Assembly: GCA_963663765.2 (NCBI GenBank)
Contig: CAXXUA010000005.1
Location: forward strand, 480,001 to 544,000
Length of the DNA: 64,000 bases
Origin: Candidatus Poribacteria bacterium
GTDB lineage: Bacteria > Poribacteria > WGA-4E > WGA-3G
Direction: 5' to 3'
Shown: piece by piece, positions 51,499 to 60,959 of the stretch
Layout: every line of letters starts with the position of its first letter
Position numbering within the stretch: the stretch's first letter is position 1
The notes under the pieces: generated by a model
Databases searched by the model: none
Told to the model about the DNA's origin: nothing
Seen by the model: only the letters and a program-made list of their open reading frames with translations
Made by a program: the position numbers and the translations under genes

Positions 51499-53319
51499 AT
51501 GAATAAATTACATACTTTCTGGAAGACACTTACACCCCTGATGATATTGACCTTCATTCTTGTTCTACCCCTCTCTGCTGAGGAACAAACCGAAGATGAA
51601 GCAGCACCACTCACTAAAAACTATGTTGAATTCACACTCGGTGGCACATACTCCGACATCAAAGAGATGAGTTTATTCGGCACAGCATCAACAAAAACAC
51701 TGCGCGGACTCTTCAAAAAATTGGACGAACTGAAAAATGACGATGAAGTCTCAGGCATTATCTTCAAAATCGGAAATATCGGTATAGGATGGGCAAACCT
51801 TCAAGAAATTAGAGAAAAACTAAACGAATTTCAAGATACTGATAAAGAGATGATCGCATATCTGGAAACCGGTGGCAACGCACAATATCTCCTCGCCACT
51901 GCTATGGACAAAATCGTACTTATGCCATCAGGGTTCCTAAACCTCATCGGCTTGCGCTCAGAAATAATGTTCTATAAAGGTCTATTTGAAAAACTGGACA
52001 TTGAAGCCGATATGCTCGCAATGGGAAAATTCAAATCAGGTGTTGAACCCTACATGCGCGACAGCATGTCAGACGCATTCCGAGAATCTATGACAGGCCT
52101 ACTGGACGACCTATATACCCAAATGTTGGAAAAAATCGCAGACGGCAGAGACGGAATTAACAAAGAACACGCAGCAAAGTTAATAGACAACGGTCCCTAC
52201 ACAGCAAAAGAAGCAAAAGAAGCAAAACTCGTTGATGAACTACAATACTACGATGAACTCATTGATACAATAAATGAAAAACCAGGCGTAAACTTAGTTG
52301 AAAATGGCACAAAAAAGAAAAGAAAAGTACCCAACTTAAATAGTGTCATTGGACTGATGCAGTTGATGAACATGCTCAACCCACAACCAAAAGCAAATGC
52401 AAAAACCGCAGAAAACCAACTCGCACTCATCTACGCAAGCGGTCCCATCGTACCCAATGTCAACTCCATCTTGCCAACAACGTCTCTGATAACACCAAAA
52501 ACCTTAAAAAAAGCGTTTGAAAAAGCACGGTCCGATGATTCTATCAAGGCAGTCGTGTTCCGTATAGATAGTCCTGGTGGTTCCGCCTTCGCTTCTGACC
52601 TGATTTGGCGGGAGGTTATGCTCACACAACGTGAAAAACCGGTCATTGTTTCTATGTCAAATTACGCTGCATCCGGTGGCTATTATATCGCTATGGCAGC
52701 AGGAACAATTGTCGCACAACCCGGCACACTCACAGGATCAATCGGCGTCTACGGCGGCAAACTCAATATGAAAGGTCTATACAACAAAGTCGGATTGACA
52801 AAAGAGATCATCGTACACGGGCAAAACGCATCGCTTTACTCCGATTACGGCAGCTTCACGCCAACAGAACGCGAACGCGTCCAAAAAATGATGAAAACTA
52901 TCTACGAAGAATTTGTCAACAAGGCAGCTGATGGTAGGAAAAAGACCTTCGCAGACATTGATGCAGTCGCACAAGGTAGAGTCTGGACAGGAAAACAAGC
53001 TAAAGAACTCGGACTCGTTGATGAACTCGGTGGACTCAATACCGCACTAACAATCGCAAAAAAACAAGCAGGTTTGAAGGAAAATGACAAATACGACATC
53101 CTCATCCTACCGGAACAGAAATCCTTGTTTGAACAAATCTTTGAGGATATACTTGATGACGAAGCAGGAATCTCAACACCATTGCCAATACAACTGGCAC
53201 AGCAGCATCCCGCACTCGCACTATTAAAAACGCATTGGCATCAGATAATAACGTGGTTGACACTCTTTGAAAAAGAACGAGTGATCACTGCACTACCTTT
53301 TCATATTGAAATTCGGTGA
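51499..53319 (+). CDS. sppA: Signal peptide peptidase SppA (67K type)
   Basis: RIDSPGGS, AASGGYY, TGSIGV, GRVWTG..A...GLVD; start after AGGAG. Confidence 0.92.
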   Translation: MNKLHTFWKTLTPLMILTFILVLPLSAEEQTEDEAAPLTKNYVEFTLGGTYSDIKEMSLFGTASTKTLRGLFKKLDELKNDDEVSGIIFKIGNIGIGWANLQEIREKLNEFQDTDKEMIAYLETGGNAQYLLATAMDKIVLMPSGFLNLIGLRSEIMFYKGLFEKLDIEADMLAMGKFKSGVEPYMRDSMSDAFRESMTGLLDDLYTQMLEKIADGRDGINKEHAAKLIDNGPYTAKEAKEAKLVDELQYYDELIDTINEKPGVNLVENGTKKKRKVPNLNSVIGLMQLMNMLNPQPKANAKTAENQLALIYASGPIVPNVNSILPTTSLITPKTLKKAFEKARSDDSIKAVVFRIDSPGGSAFASDLIWREVMLTQREKPVIVSMSNYAASGGYYIAMAAGTIVAQPGTLTGSIGVYGGKLNMKGLYNKVGLTKEIIVHGQNASLYSDYGSFTPTERERVQKMMKTIYEEFVNKAADGRKKTFADIDAVAQGRVWTGKQAKELGLVDELGGLNTALTIAKKQAGLKENDKYDILILPEQKSLFEQIFEDILDDEAGISTPLPIQLAQQHPALALLKTHWHQIITWLTLFEKERVITALPFHIEIR

Positions 53320-53323
53320 TTTT

Positions 53324-54127
53324 ATGAATTCCAATGATTTACACATTGACGTAACTGACGAACAGGTGACTTTCTTCCAAGAAAATGGATACTTGAGCAT
53401 CCCGCGCATCACGACGGATAATGAAGTTGAATGGCTAAAAGGTATCTACGACAAACTCTTCAATGATCGCACGGGTGAAGAGCAAGGACGCTATTTTGAC
53501 CTTGCAGGTCCCCGCGCACATGCCGGTCAAGAAACACTGCCACAAGTATTAGGTCCAGAAGCACAATTCCCAGAACTCCGAGAGACAACCTATTTCAAAA
53601 ACGCACAACGACTTGCCGCAAAACTACTCGGAGAAGAACAGGAAAAGGTTGGTGGCGGCGGACACATGATACTCAAACCCGCACACTACGGGAACGAAAC
53701 GCCTTGGCATCAAGACGAAGCATATTGGAATCCCTCAGTCAGACCACACAGTTTAAGCGTGTGGCTGCCACTTGACAAAGCAACGCTTGAAAGTGGATGT
53801 CTACAGTTCATCCCGAAATCCCACAAAGGCGCCGTCCGTTGGCATCGCCACATAAACAACGACCCGCTTGTACACGGCTTAATTACCGATGATGTTGATC
53901 CGTCAGAAGCAGTCGCATGTCCAATACCCGCAGGCGGTGCAACGTTCCATCACTGCCGCACTTTACACTATTCCGAACCCAACAGCACCCCACAAGAACG
54001 GCGAGCATATATCCTTGTCTTCAGCGGTCCACACAAAAAATTGCACAAACCTGACCACCGTCCCTGGATAACAGAGGAACAGGAAGCACTCGCAAAACTA
54101 AAATCCTTAGCAGCAGATAGGGAATAG
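53324..54127 (+). CDS. Phytanoyl-CoA dioxygenase (PhyH) family
   Basis: TPWHQD, GCLQFIP.SH, LHYS.PN. Confidence 0.9.
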   Translation: MNSNDLHIDVTDEQVTFFQENGYLSIPRITTDNEVEWLKGIYDKLFNDRTGEEQGRYFDLAGPRAHAGQETLPQVLGPEAQFPELRETTYFKNAQRLAAKLLGEEQEKVGGGGHMILKPAHYGNETPWHQDEAYWNPSVRPHSLSVWLPLDKATLESGCLQFIPKSHKGAVRWHRHINNDPLVHGLITDDVDPSEAVACPIPAGGATFHHCRTLHYSEPNSTPQERRAYILVFSGPHKKLHKPDHRPWITEEQEALAKLKSLAADRE

Positions 54128-54424
54128 TAATTAGAAGTAGTCGGCACACGCCGTGTGCCGTACACAAAAAAAGATGTCCAAGATTACAGACACAGCACAG
54201 AGAAACGAAAGGACAACCCATCCGCAGGTATCGCAGGATAAGGAAAATTAATGAAACTCGGTTTGCAATTGAAGGTGGACGATAAAAACACTGTCCCTAA
54301 CAATTGATTAAAACTATATATTAGGTTATAATATATTTAACTGAAGTTTATTTCAATTTATGTATGTATAGTCTATTTCTCTTGACCGCATTTGAAAAAT
54401 TGCTTACATATTGAGACTACTATC

Positions 54425-55585
54425 ATGGCTGAGTATGTTGATGGGATTAATCCTGAAATCCTCAAATGGGCGCGCGAACGTTCCGGTTATTCCTTGGATG
54501 CGGCTGCCAAAACTTTAAGTAAAGATATTTCATTCATCAATGAATGTGAGTCCGGCAATCTTGCACTGACTTATGCTCAACTTGAAACTTTAGCTGATAA
54601 GTACAAGCGTCCTGTAGCTATTTTCTTTTTTCCTGAACCGCCGGAAGAAGATAATATTGCTGAGAATCTTGCACTGCGAAGTTCTGACGTTGATCAATTA
54701 GAACCGAGAATCCATATTCTATTGCGACAAGCTTATGCACGACAACTTTCCTTGATGGAACTCAGCATGGGGAAAAATCCATCTGAAAATCAAATATTTA
54801 GAGACTTTCACGCCCAACTTAATGATTCACCTTTGGAATTAGCAAAACAGACTCGAGTGTATCTGAACATCAGTGTTGACCAACAAACAAATTGGAAAAA
54901 TTCCACAATAGCATTGGAAACTTGGCGGGAATGTATTCAAGAAAAAGGTATTTTCATTTTTAAAGAAGCATTTAAAAATAATTCTGTCGATGGATTTTGC
55001 CTTGTACATGATGTGTTTCCTGTAATCTATCTCAATAATAGTCGACCAGTAGTCCGACAAATTTTTACTTTGTTCCATGAATTAGCACACCTGCTACTTG
55101 GTAAAAACGGGATTACCCGTGACATTAACCCTACAGGTGAAAAAATTGAAACATTCTGTAACCAATTTGCTGCTGAATTTCTTGTGCCATCTGATGACTT
55201 AGAATCTCACCTTAAGTTTCCTGATTACGATGATAATACTGTAGAAAAATTGGCAAGTATTTATAAAGTTAGCCGTCCAGTCATTTTGTTAAAGTTAGTC
55301 AATAAGGGGATTCTTACGAATGAAATTTATCTGCAGAAAATAAAGGGGTGGACAGCATTATATGAATCACATAGAGAACAAAAAACCAGAGATGAATCCC
55401 CAGGCGGCGGAAACTATTACAATACTCAAACAGAATATTTAGGTCCGAGATATATGGAACTTGCTTTTAGCAAGTTTTACCAGGGGCAATGTACGATTGA
55501 ACAACTCTCAGAGCATCTAAACGTCAAGGTTAAGAATTTATCTGGGCTTGAAGACTGCCTGTTCAGAAAGGCAGTTCGTAAATGA
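54425..55585 (+). CDS. XRE HTH + ImmA/IrrE metallopeptidase
   Basis: ILKWARERSG HTH; FTLFHELAHL (HExxH); E.FCN.FAAEFL.P. Confidence 0.9.
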   Translation: MAEYVDGINPEILKWARERSGYSLDAAAKTLSKDISFINECESGNLALTYAQLETLADKYKRPVAIFFFPEPPEEDNIAENLALRSSDVDQLEPRIHILLRQAYARQLSLMELSMGKNPSENQIFRDFHAQLNDSPLELAKQTRVYLNISVDQQTNWKNSTIALETWRECIQEKGIFIFKEAFKNNSVDGFCLVHDVFPVIYLNNSRPVVRQIFTLFHELAHLLLGKNGITRDINPTGEKIETFCNQFAAEFLVPSDDLESHLKFPDYDDNTVEKLASIYKVSRPVILLKLVNKGILTNEIYLQKIKGWTALYESHREQKTRDESPGGGNYYNTQTEYLGPRYMELAFSKFYQGQCTIEQLSEHLNVKVKNLSGLEDCLFRKAVRK

Positions 55586-56289
55586 TCTACGTATTTGACA
55601 CCAATAGTTTTAGTGTCCTTGGTAATTATTACCCTAACCAATTCCAAACTATTTGGCAATATTTACGAGTTGTGCTAAATAACTCTATGTTAATCATTGT
55701 TTCATTTCACATAAGGATGACGTTTTGCAGGTGACCTTCATAGCTTGAAACGATCTTCAGTCCAGTAGGGACGATATGTTTATAGAAAAATGTCATAATA
55801 CATCCTCTTTAGTCCCGTAGGGACGATATGTGTGCATTATAAACCTAATATATGTAATAACTTTGAAAACAATGGGTTAACTGGCACAAGTCGTAATATT
55901 TCGATCAAGCAATGAAAGATGGAAAGATTATCTCTGTAAAAGAAGTTGAAAGAGAACTACAACGGTACACGCGGTATCCTCATTTATCTGATTGGATAAA
56001 ACGGAATAAAAACATTTTTGTGAAACCGGGTACTGCAGAAACGCAATTTGTTAGGCAAATTTTCTTAGTGCCACATTTCCAAAACTTAGTAAATGAGAAA
56101 AATCGTTTAACTGGATACCCGTGTGCCGATCCATTCATCATTGCCTTAGCCAAAACAATAAACGGTTGTGTTGTCACTGAAGAAAAAGAGAAACCTAACG
56201 CTCCTAAAATACCAAACGTTTGTGACCATTTTAAAGTTCCATTTACTAACTTGCGGGGATTCATGGAAAGAGAAAAATGGAAATTCTAA
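55582..56289 (+). pseudogene. DUF4411 PIN-like nuclease interrupted by a MITE
   Basis: MIYVFDTN... from the ATGA overlap; removing 55665-55901 restores WQYFDQAMKDG...ADPFIIALA...VVTEE..KIPNVC. Confidence 0.88.
55665..55894 (+). mobile_element. MITE family C, 230 bp, 7-bp TSD AATATTT
   Basis: aatattt|acgagttgtgctaaataact ... gttaactggcacaagtcgt|aatattt. Confidence 0.93.
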
Positions 56290-56443
56290 ATGTAATATAA
56301 TAACTAACAATGCAATACAATAAATCCATTCAAACTTTGATTGTAAAACGAATTAGCATAAGAATAATGCATATACCATTTTATAAAGTAATATCTCATT
56401 TAGGAAGACTTCTTCCTGTGCTTGCGCGGACCTCCCATGTCCT

Positions 56444-56707
56444 CCGCTTGTACACGGCTTAATTACCGATGATGTTGATCCGTCAGAAGCAGTCGCATGT
56501 CCAATACCCGCAAGCGGAGCAACGTTCCATCACTGCCGCACTTTACACTATTCCGCACCCAACAGCACCCCACAAGAACGGCGAGCATATATCCTTGTCT
56601 TCAGCGGTCCACACCAAAAATTGGACAAACCTGACCACCGTCCCTGGATAACAGAGGAACAGGAAGCACTCGCAAAACTAAAATCCTTAGCAGCAGGTAA
56701 AAATTAA
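56444..56707 (+). pseudogene. Displaced duplicate of the phyH 3' end (repeat of 53864-54116)
   Basis: About 253 bp with about 5 mismatches by eye; ends AAGKN-stop. Confidence 0.9.
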
Positions 56708-56710
56708 CAC

Positions 56711-56751
56711 AAAATCTCGCTGAATGCTATACACGCATTCAGCGAGATTTT
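56711..56751. terminator. Palindromic hairpin, probable bidirectional terminator
   Basis: aaaatctcgctgaatgc-tatacac-gcattcagcgagatttt between convergent units. Confidence 0.6.
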
Positions 56752-56873
56752 GAATTTGTAATGTTTCAAATCGCTAAATCGCATTGATCTGCCCAGAAAC
56801 GGAACACAACCTAACAGGTCGTGCTACAACACCCTCGTTAGGTTCGGTTTCCTAACCAATACAGAATACCACA

Positions 56874-56987
56874 CGGGGAATGCTTTATAGCATTCATACC
56901 CGGGGAATGCTTTATAGCATTCATACCCGGGGAATGCTTTATAGCATTCATACCGTTGATTTCTTGATTTCTTGATTACTTGATTTG
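56874..56987 (+). repeat. Nested micro-hairpin elements: three hairpins followed by four TTGATT(T/A) tails
   Basis: (ggggaatgctttatagcattcatacc)x3 then ttgatttc ttgatttc ttgattac ttgatttg. Confidence 0.85.
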
Positions 56988-57055
56988 GCGTATTCTGCTT
57001 ACCCTATTGTCCAATTAATTCTAAAGTCTACTATAATAGTAAAGCAGGAACTGCA

Positions 57056-58522
57056 TCAATTGGCAAATAGATAATCGTTATTGATATTTTCTATTACCTC
57101 AAGGCATGTTTTTCCGTTAACTAACTGATGATAGTATTGTACGACACGTCTGCAAAAGTCTTGATTCTGGTTTAAGACGTTGTCGGGTGTAGGATCCTGT
57201 GGCGACCAAAGGGTTGTATTTGAAAAAATGATATCCATACGGTTTTGCACGTCTGTTATGCTCGCACCAAATGCACCGTTCAATGTGTCCTGTATTGTTC
57301 TGTCGGGGTCACGTATTTCGTATTGTGTTCTGGTGTCGGTTATGCCTTGGTAGTCGTCACCTGATATTGTGTGAGGTGTCAAAAAGCGTAGCACTGTCGC
57401 GAAGGAATAAGCAAACTCGGCTTTGAAGAGGTCTGTGCTTATATGATAGTTAGGTGATCGGACGATGTCTGCAGCACGTTCACGGAGTTTTACTGTCTCA
57501 ATGATGTTGATGCGTGCGTTATCATCTTTGATTCTCCGGATGCGTTCAATGAATTCCAAGGTATACGCTTCGGCACTTTTTCCGGTTATTGGAATGTCAG
57601 TCTCAACAATTTTGGCGTATCCTTTCATCAACCTTTCCAGATGTGGTGCGAATGTTGGATGTGATGCTGCCTCATTAACGTATTCAATACCAGAAAGCAT
57701 GCCTTTGTGTGTAATTCCCGGCACGTGTACGGAGTTCACCAAAAGCAGTTTCCAATCATGATAAGGTTCAATACTCTCCTGACTAACAACAACGCCATAG
57801 TCATCAAGTTTGCCAAATGGGACGCGCAGCCTGTTCTCTAAGTCTTCCAAAATTAGTGATGTCACAGGCATCTGTTCTGCATAAGTTATCAAAGCATCTG
57901 TGCTTTTGATCTGTGCTTGTGCTGCGTCTTTGATTTCACCTGGGACAGCGTGGACTTGCGGGACGAGTCGGTCACCCATTTCGTTGAGAAATCCAACATT
58001 TGTTTCTAACCATTTTGCGTGATCATTTGAACGTTTTGGATACTCGTTGATAAGAATGTCCCGAACAATGTCTCCGTTGTTTCGTAGATTATCTGTGTTT
58101 ATGACACAAAGGGATGCGTTTGTTCCGTGATGTGTATAGTAGCGATAGAGTGTTTCGTCTAACACGTCCATTGCGAGTTCACCTTTGGCTATTCCTGCCT
58201 CTGTTACGCCTATTAGAATAAGGTCTAACTCGTTTTTGGTTTTTGCGTAGAATTGTTCGCGTCCTTCTTCTGTTGAGAGTGTCGTTGCGCCGACAACGGA
58301 TGAAATCTGTTGGACGTCATAGATACCGCTATGGTCAAATGAAACGACGTGATATATCCCGTTCTGTTGATTGAATGCGTCTGCTTTCTCGGTGCCTCGG
58401 GGTTGTCCTATATATATGCCTCCCTCATAGAGATTGCGGTTGTTGAGAATGTCAACGAATTGATGTGTTAGCGCGCGTTGTAGACCACCTGCACCGATGG
58501 CAAGTATTTTGGTTGGTAGCAT
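57056..58522 (-). CDS. Mannitol dehydrogenase/tagaturonate reductase (UxaB-like) family
   Basis: IGAGGLQRA, TEAGI, NGD, DRLVP, KLLLVN..H. Confidence 0.72.
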   Translation of the reverse strand: MLPTKILAIGAGGLQRALTHQFVDILNNRNLYEGGIYIGQPRGTEKADAFNQQNGIYHVVSFDHSGIYDVQQISSVVGATTLSTEEGREQFYAKTKNELDLILIGVTEAGIAKGELAMDVLDETLYRYYTHHGTNASLCVINTDNLRNNGDIVRDILINEYPKRSNDHAKWLETNVGFLNEMGDRLVPQVHAVPGEIKDAAQAQIKSTDALITYAEQMPVTSLILEDLENRLRVPFGKLDDYGVVVSQESIEPYHDWKLLLVNSVHVPGITHKGMLSGIEYVNEAASHPTFAPHLERLMKGYAKIVETDIPITGKSAEAYTLEFIERIRRIKDDNARINIIETVKLRERAADIVRSPNYHISTDLFKAEFAYSFATVLRFLTPHTISGDDYQGITDTRTQYEIRDPDRTIQDTLNGAFGASITDVQNRMDIIFSNTTLWSPQDPTPDNVLNQNQDFCRRVVQYYHQLVNGKTCLEVIENINNDYLFAN

Positions 58523-58554
58523 GTGTTAGTTGTTCTCCTTTCAAAAGTTCGCTC

Positions 58555-59715
58555 CTACTGGAGGATTTCTTCATAGAGATTGAGATATGCATCTGCGATG
58601 TTTTTCCAGTCGTAGGGTTTGACTTTTTCGTTGTTTGCTTTTCCCATTTCAAGTCGTTTTTCTCCTGCGTTTATTAGTTTTATGAGACATTGTGCAAGTT
58701 CGTCAACATCGGCGGTGTTGAACAAGGCACCGTTAACACCGTCTTCCACCAATTCATCAATACCTTCCACACGGCTTGCAATGATGGGTAGACCTGTTCC
58801 CATTGCGTCTAAAACGACGAGGGGCATCCCTTCTGATAGTGATGGTAATATGAAAATGTCCGCTTCACGATACTTTTGCGGTAGTTCTTCGTATAGCACT
58901 GAGCCAGTGAAATGGATGTAAGAGTTGACATTGAGCTTTTTTGCTAATGCTGTAAGTTCTTCACTGTAGGGTCCGTCACCGACAATCTCTATCTCAAATT
59001 TGTGTTCAACCTTGTCAAGTATTTTCGGTAGTGCGCGAATGAGAAATTGAAATCCCTTACGTGGAATGAGCCTACCCACTGCAAGGCATCGGACTATCTG
59101 TGGATTTGCGGTACGTTGTGATGGATCATAACTTTTCCAATCTAAACCATCGGGAATGACATTGATGTGGACAGCATCTGTGAGATGTGCAAGGTCGCGT
59201 AGGTCGTCACTGCATGAAACGACTGCAGAGGCGTTGTCCCAAATTGCTCGGATCAACGGCTTTAGTAGTAGATATAACCAACGATAATAGGGAGGGTCGG
59301 GATCGGGTCGTGGTACGTCTCTACCACCTAAGAACACGGCATAAGGGATTTTCCTGAATTTCTGCAGAAGATATGCACCACCGCCTGCGGGGATACCGAA
59401 AAAGACCTGAACGATGTCTGGCTTGAACTGCTTTGCAAACCTCAACCCGTAAATACTGGAACTTATGGAGTATGTTAGCATTTCGTGAACTGCACAGACA
59501 TTTGGATTTTTTCGGAGTGCACTTACCCTATGCACATGAAATCCTTCAACTTCCTCTCTTTTTAAACAATCACGGTATTGCGATGTAATGAGATGCACTT
59601 TGTGACCTGCAGCAGCGAAATGTTTTCCAAGAAAATAACTTACTCTACCACCCCCTCCACCGATGGGAGGAAACTCGTGATTGAACATCAAAATTCTTCG
59701 TTGATGTGAAGCCAA
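58555..59715 (-). CDS. Glycosyltransferase family 4
   Basis: EFPPIGGG, VGRL..RKG, SEGMPLVVLDAM..GLP. Confidence 0.92.
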   Translation of the reverse strand: MASHQRRILMFNHEFPPIGGGGGRVSYFLGKHFAAAGHKVHLITSQYRDCLKREEVEGFHVHRVSALRKNPNVCAVHEMLTYSISSSIYGLRFAKQFKPDIVQVFFGIPAGGGAYLLQKFRKIPYAVFLGGRDVPRPDPDPPYYRWLYLLLKPLIRAIWDNASAVVSCSDDLRDLAHLTDAVHINVIPDGLDWKSYDPSQRTANPQIVRCLAVGRLIPRKGFQFLIRALPKILDKVEHKFEIEIVGDGPYSEELTALAKKLNVNSYIHFTGSVLYEELPQKYREADIFILPSLSEGMPLVVLDAMGTGLPIIASRVEGIDELVEDGVNGALFNTADVDELAQCLIKLINAGEKRLEMGKANNEKVKPYDWKNIADAYLNLYEEILQ

Positions 59716-60627
59716 TTAGTTACCTATTTTTCCTTGTTTCGTACGATTCTTTGCTAAATCCACCGCAAAATCTATCATAGTTTTAGCGATGTTAGTGCCG
59801 GTGACGGACTGCAGTTCCTCAAATCCTGGTGAGGTGTTGACTTCCAAGATGACGGGTCCGTTATTCGTTTGAAGTAGGTCTACGCCTGCGATGTCTAAAT
59901 TTAATGCTGCAGCTGCGGCTGCGGCGATACGGTTATATTCCTCTGTCAACTTTATTGCTTGTCCGTTAGCTCCTTGATGTATGTTTGCTCGGAATTCACC
60001 TGCGGTTGCACACCTTTTCATTGCTGCTATGACTTTGCCTCCAACGACGAGAATTCGGTAATCTACACCAGCTGCTTCTGCAATAAAGGATTGGATGATG
60101 TAATCTTTGTGAAGTTCGCACATTGCTTCTACAGTTGAGGCCAATGAGGTAGGTGTATCTAATAACATGACACCGATTCCATGTGTTCCGTAAAAGGGTT
60201 TTAGGATGAATGGATAATCGCCTATGTGAGTTACTGCGTCTTCTAAGAATGAGGCAGAACCGACGGTAAGACTGGGTGGAATAGGTAATCCGTGTTGTGC
60301 AAGGATACGTAGGGAACGGAACTTGTTTCGCGCGTTTGCTATGGCATTTGCAGAATTGACGACAGGGATACCGAGCCATTCAAAGTGTAGGACAACCTCT
60401 CCACCGTATCTTGCTGTTGCGTTGCTGAGGCGCGGGATTACGACATCAAAGTTTTCTGCATTTGTGCCGTCGTAGGTCATTCGGGGACCGGTTCCCCCGA
60501 TTTGCATGTAGAATCCGAATGGGTCTCTGACATGTACAGTGTGTCCTGCTTTTTCGGCAGCTTCAACGAGACTTCGGGTTGAGTGGTTATCGGGACCACG
60601 GGAAAGGATGGCAATGTTCATAGTCAA
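59716..60627 (-). CDS. rimK: RimK family ATP-grasp glutamate ligase
   Basis: KP..GTHG.GV, D.R..VVGG, FRANIHQG, AGVDLL, LEVN.SPG. Confidence 0.85.
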   Translation of the reverse strand: MTMNIAILSRGPDNHSTRSLVEAAEKAGHTVHVRDPFGFYMQIGGTGPRMTYDGTNAENFDVVIPRLSNATARYGGEVVLHFEWLGIPVVNSANAIANARNKFRSLRILAQHGLPIPPSLTVGSASFLEDAVTHIGDYPFILKPFYGTHGIGVMLLDTPTSLASTVEAMCELHKDYIIQSFIAEAAGVDYRILVVGGKVIAAMKRCATAGEFRANIHQGANGQAIKLTEEYNRIAAAAAAALNLDIAGVDLLQTNNGPVILEVNTSPGFEELQSVTGTNIAKTMIDFAVDLAKNRTKQGKIGN

Positions 60628-60896
60628 GATAGTTTTCAGTTGTCAGTTGTTAGTTATCAGCAACATCATAATGATTTAATCAGTAATTTGTTGCCAGAAT
60701 TGCTGATTACGCGAATTTCACGGACTATTCTTTTGTCTGAACAAGGATTTTCAGGATTTCCAGATTACCAGGATTTGACTCTTCCCCACTGTCATTGCAT
60801 TCTTAAAACCACTCATATTGCAGAATAATGTATGCTCATCGTTTTTCCAATCACGACGCGCTTTGTAAGTGCCCCATCGTTTTGGGTATGTCGCTG

Positions 60897-60959
60897 TCAA
60901 CTATTCTGGTACGTTTCTTTCAGGAAAACTTCTAATTCCTCAAAGGTATCAAATATCGG
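60897..60959 (-). pseudogene. Diverged, displaced copy of the 3' end of gene 62825..63862
   Basis: Encodes IFDTFEELEVFLKETYQNS* versus IFDSFEELDDFLKETYQNRRD* in the intact gene. Confidence 0.8.

Noticed and set aside
53864-56696. DGR template/variable repeat pair
   Set aside because: Mismatches (G/A, T/A, A/C, A/C, C/G) are not confined to adenines of one copy, and there is no reverse transcriptase in the window.
56874-56955. Mini-CRISPR
   Set aside because: Units abut with no spacers; explained by micro-element nesting.
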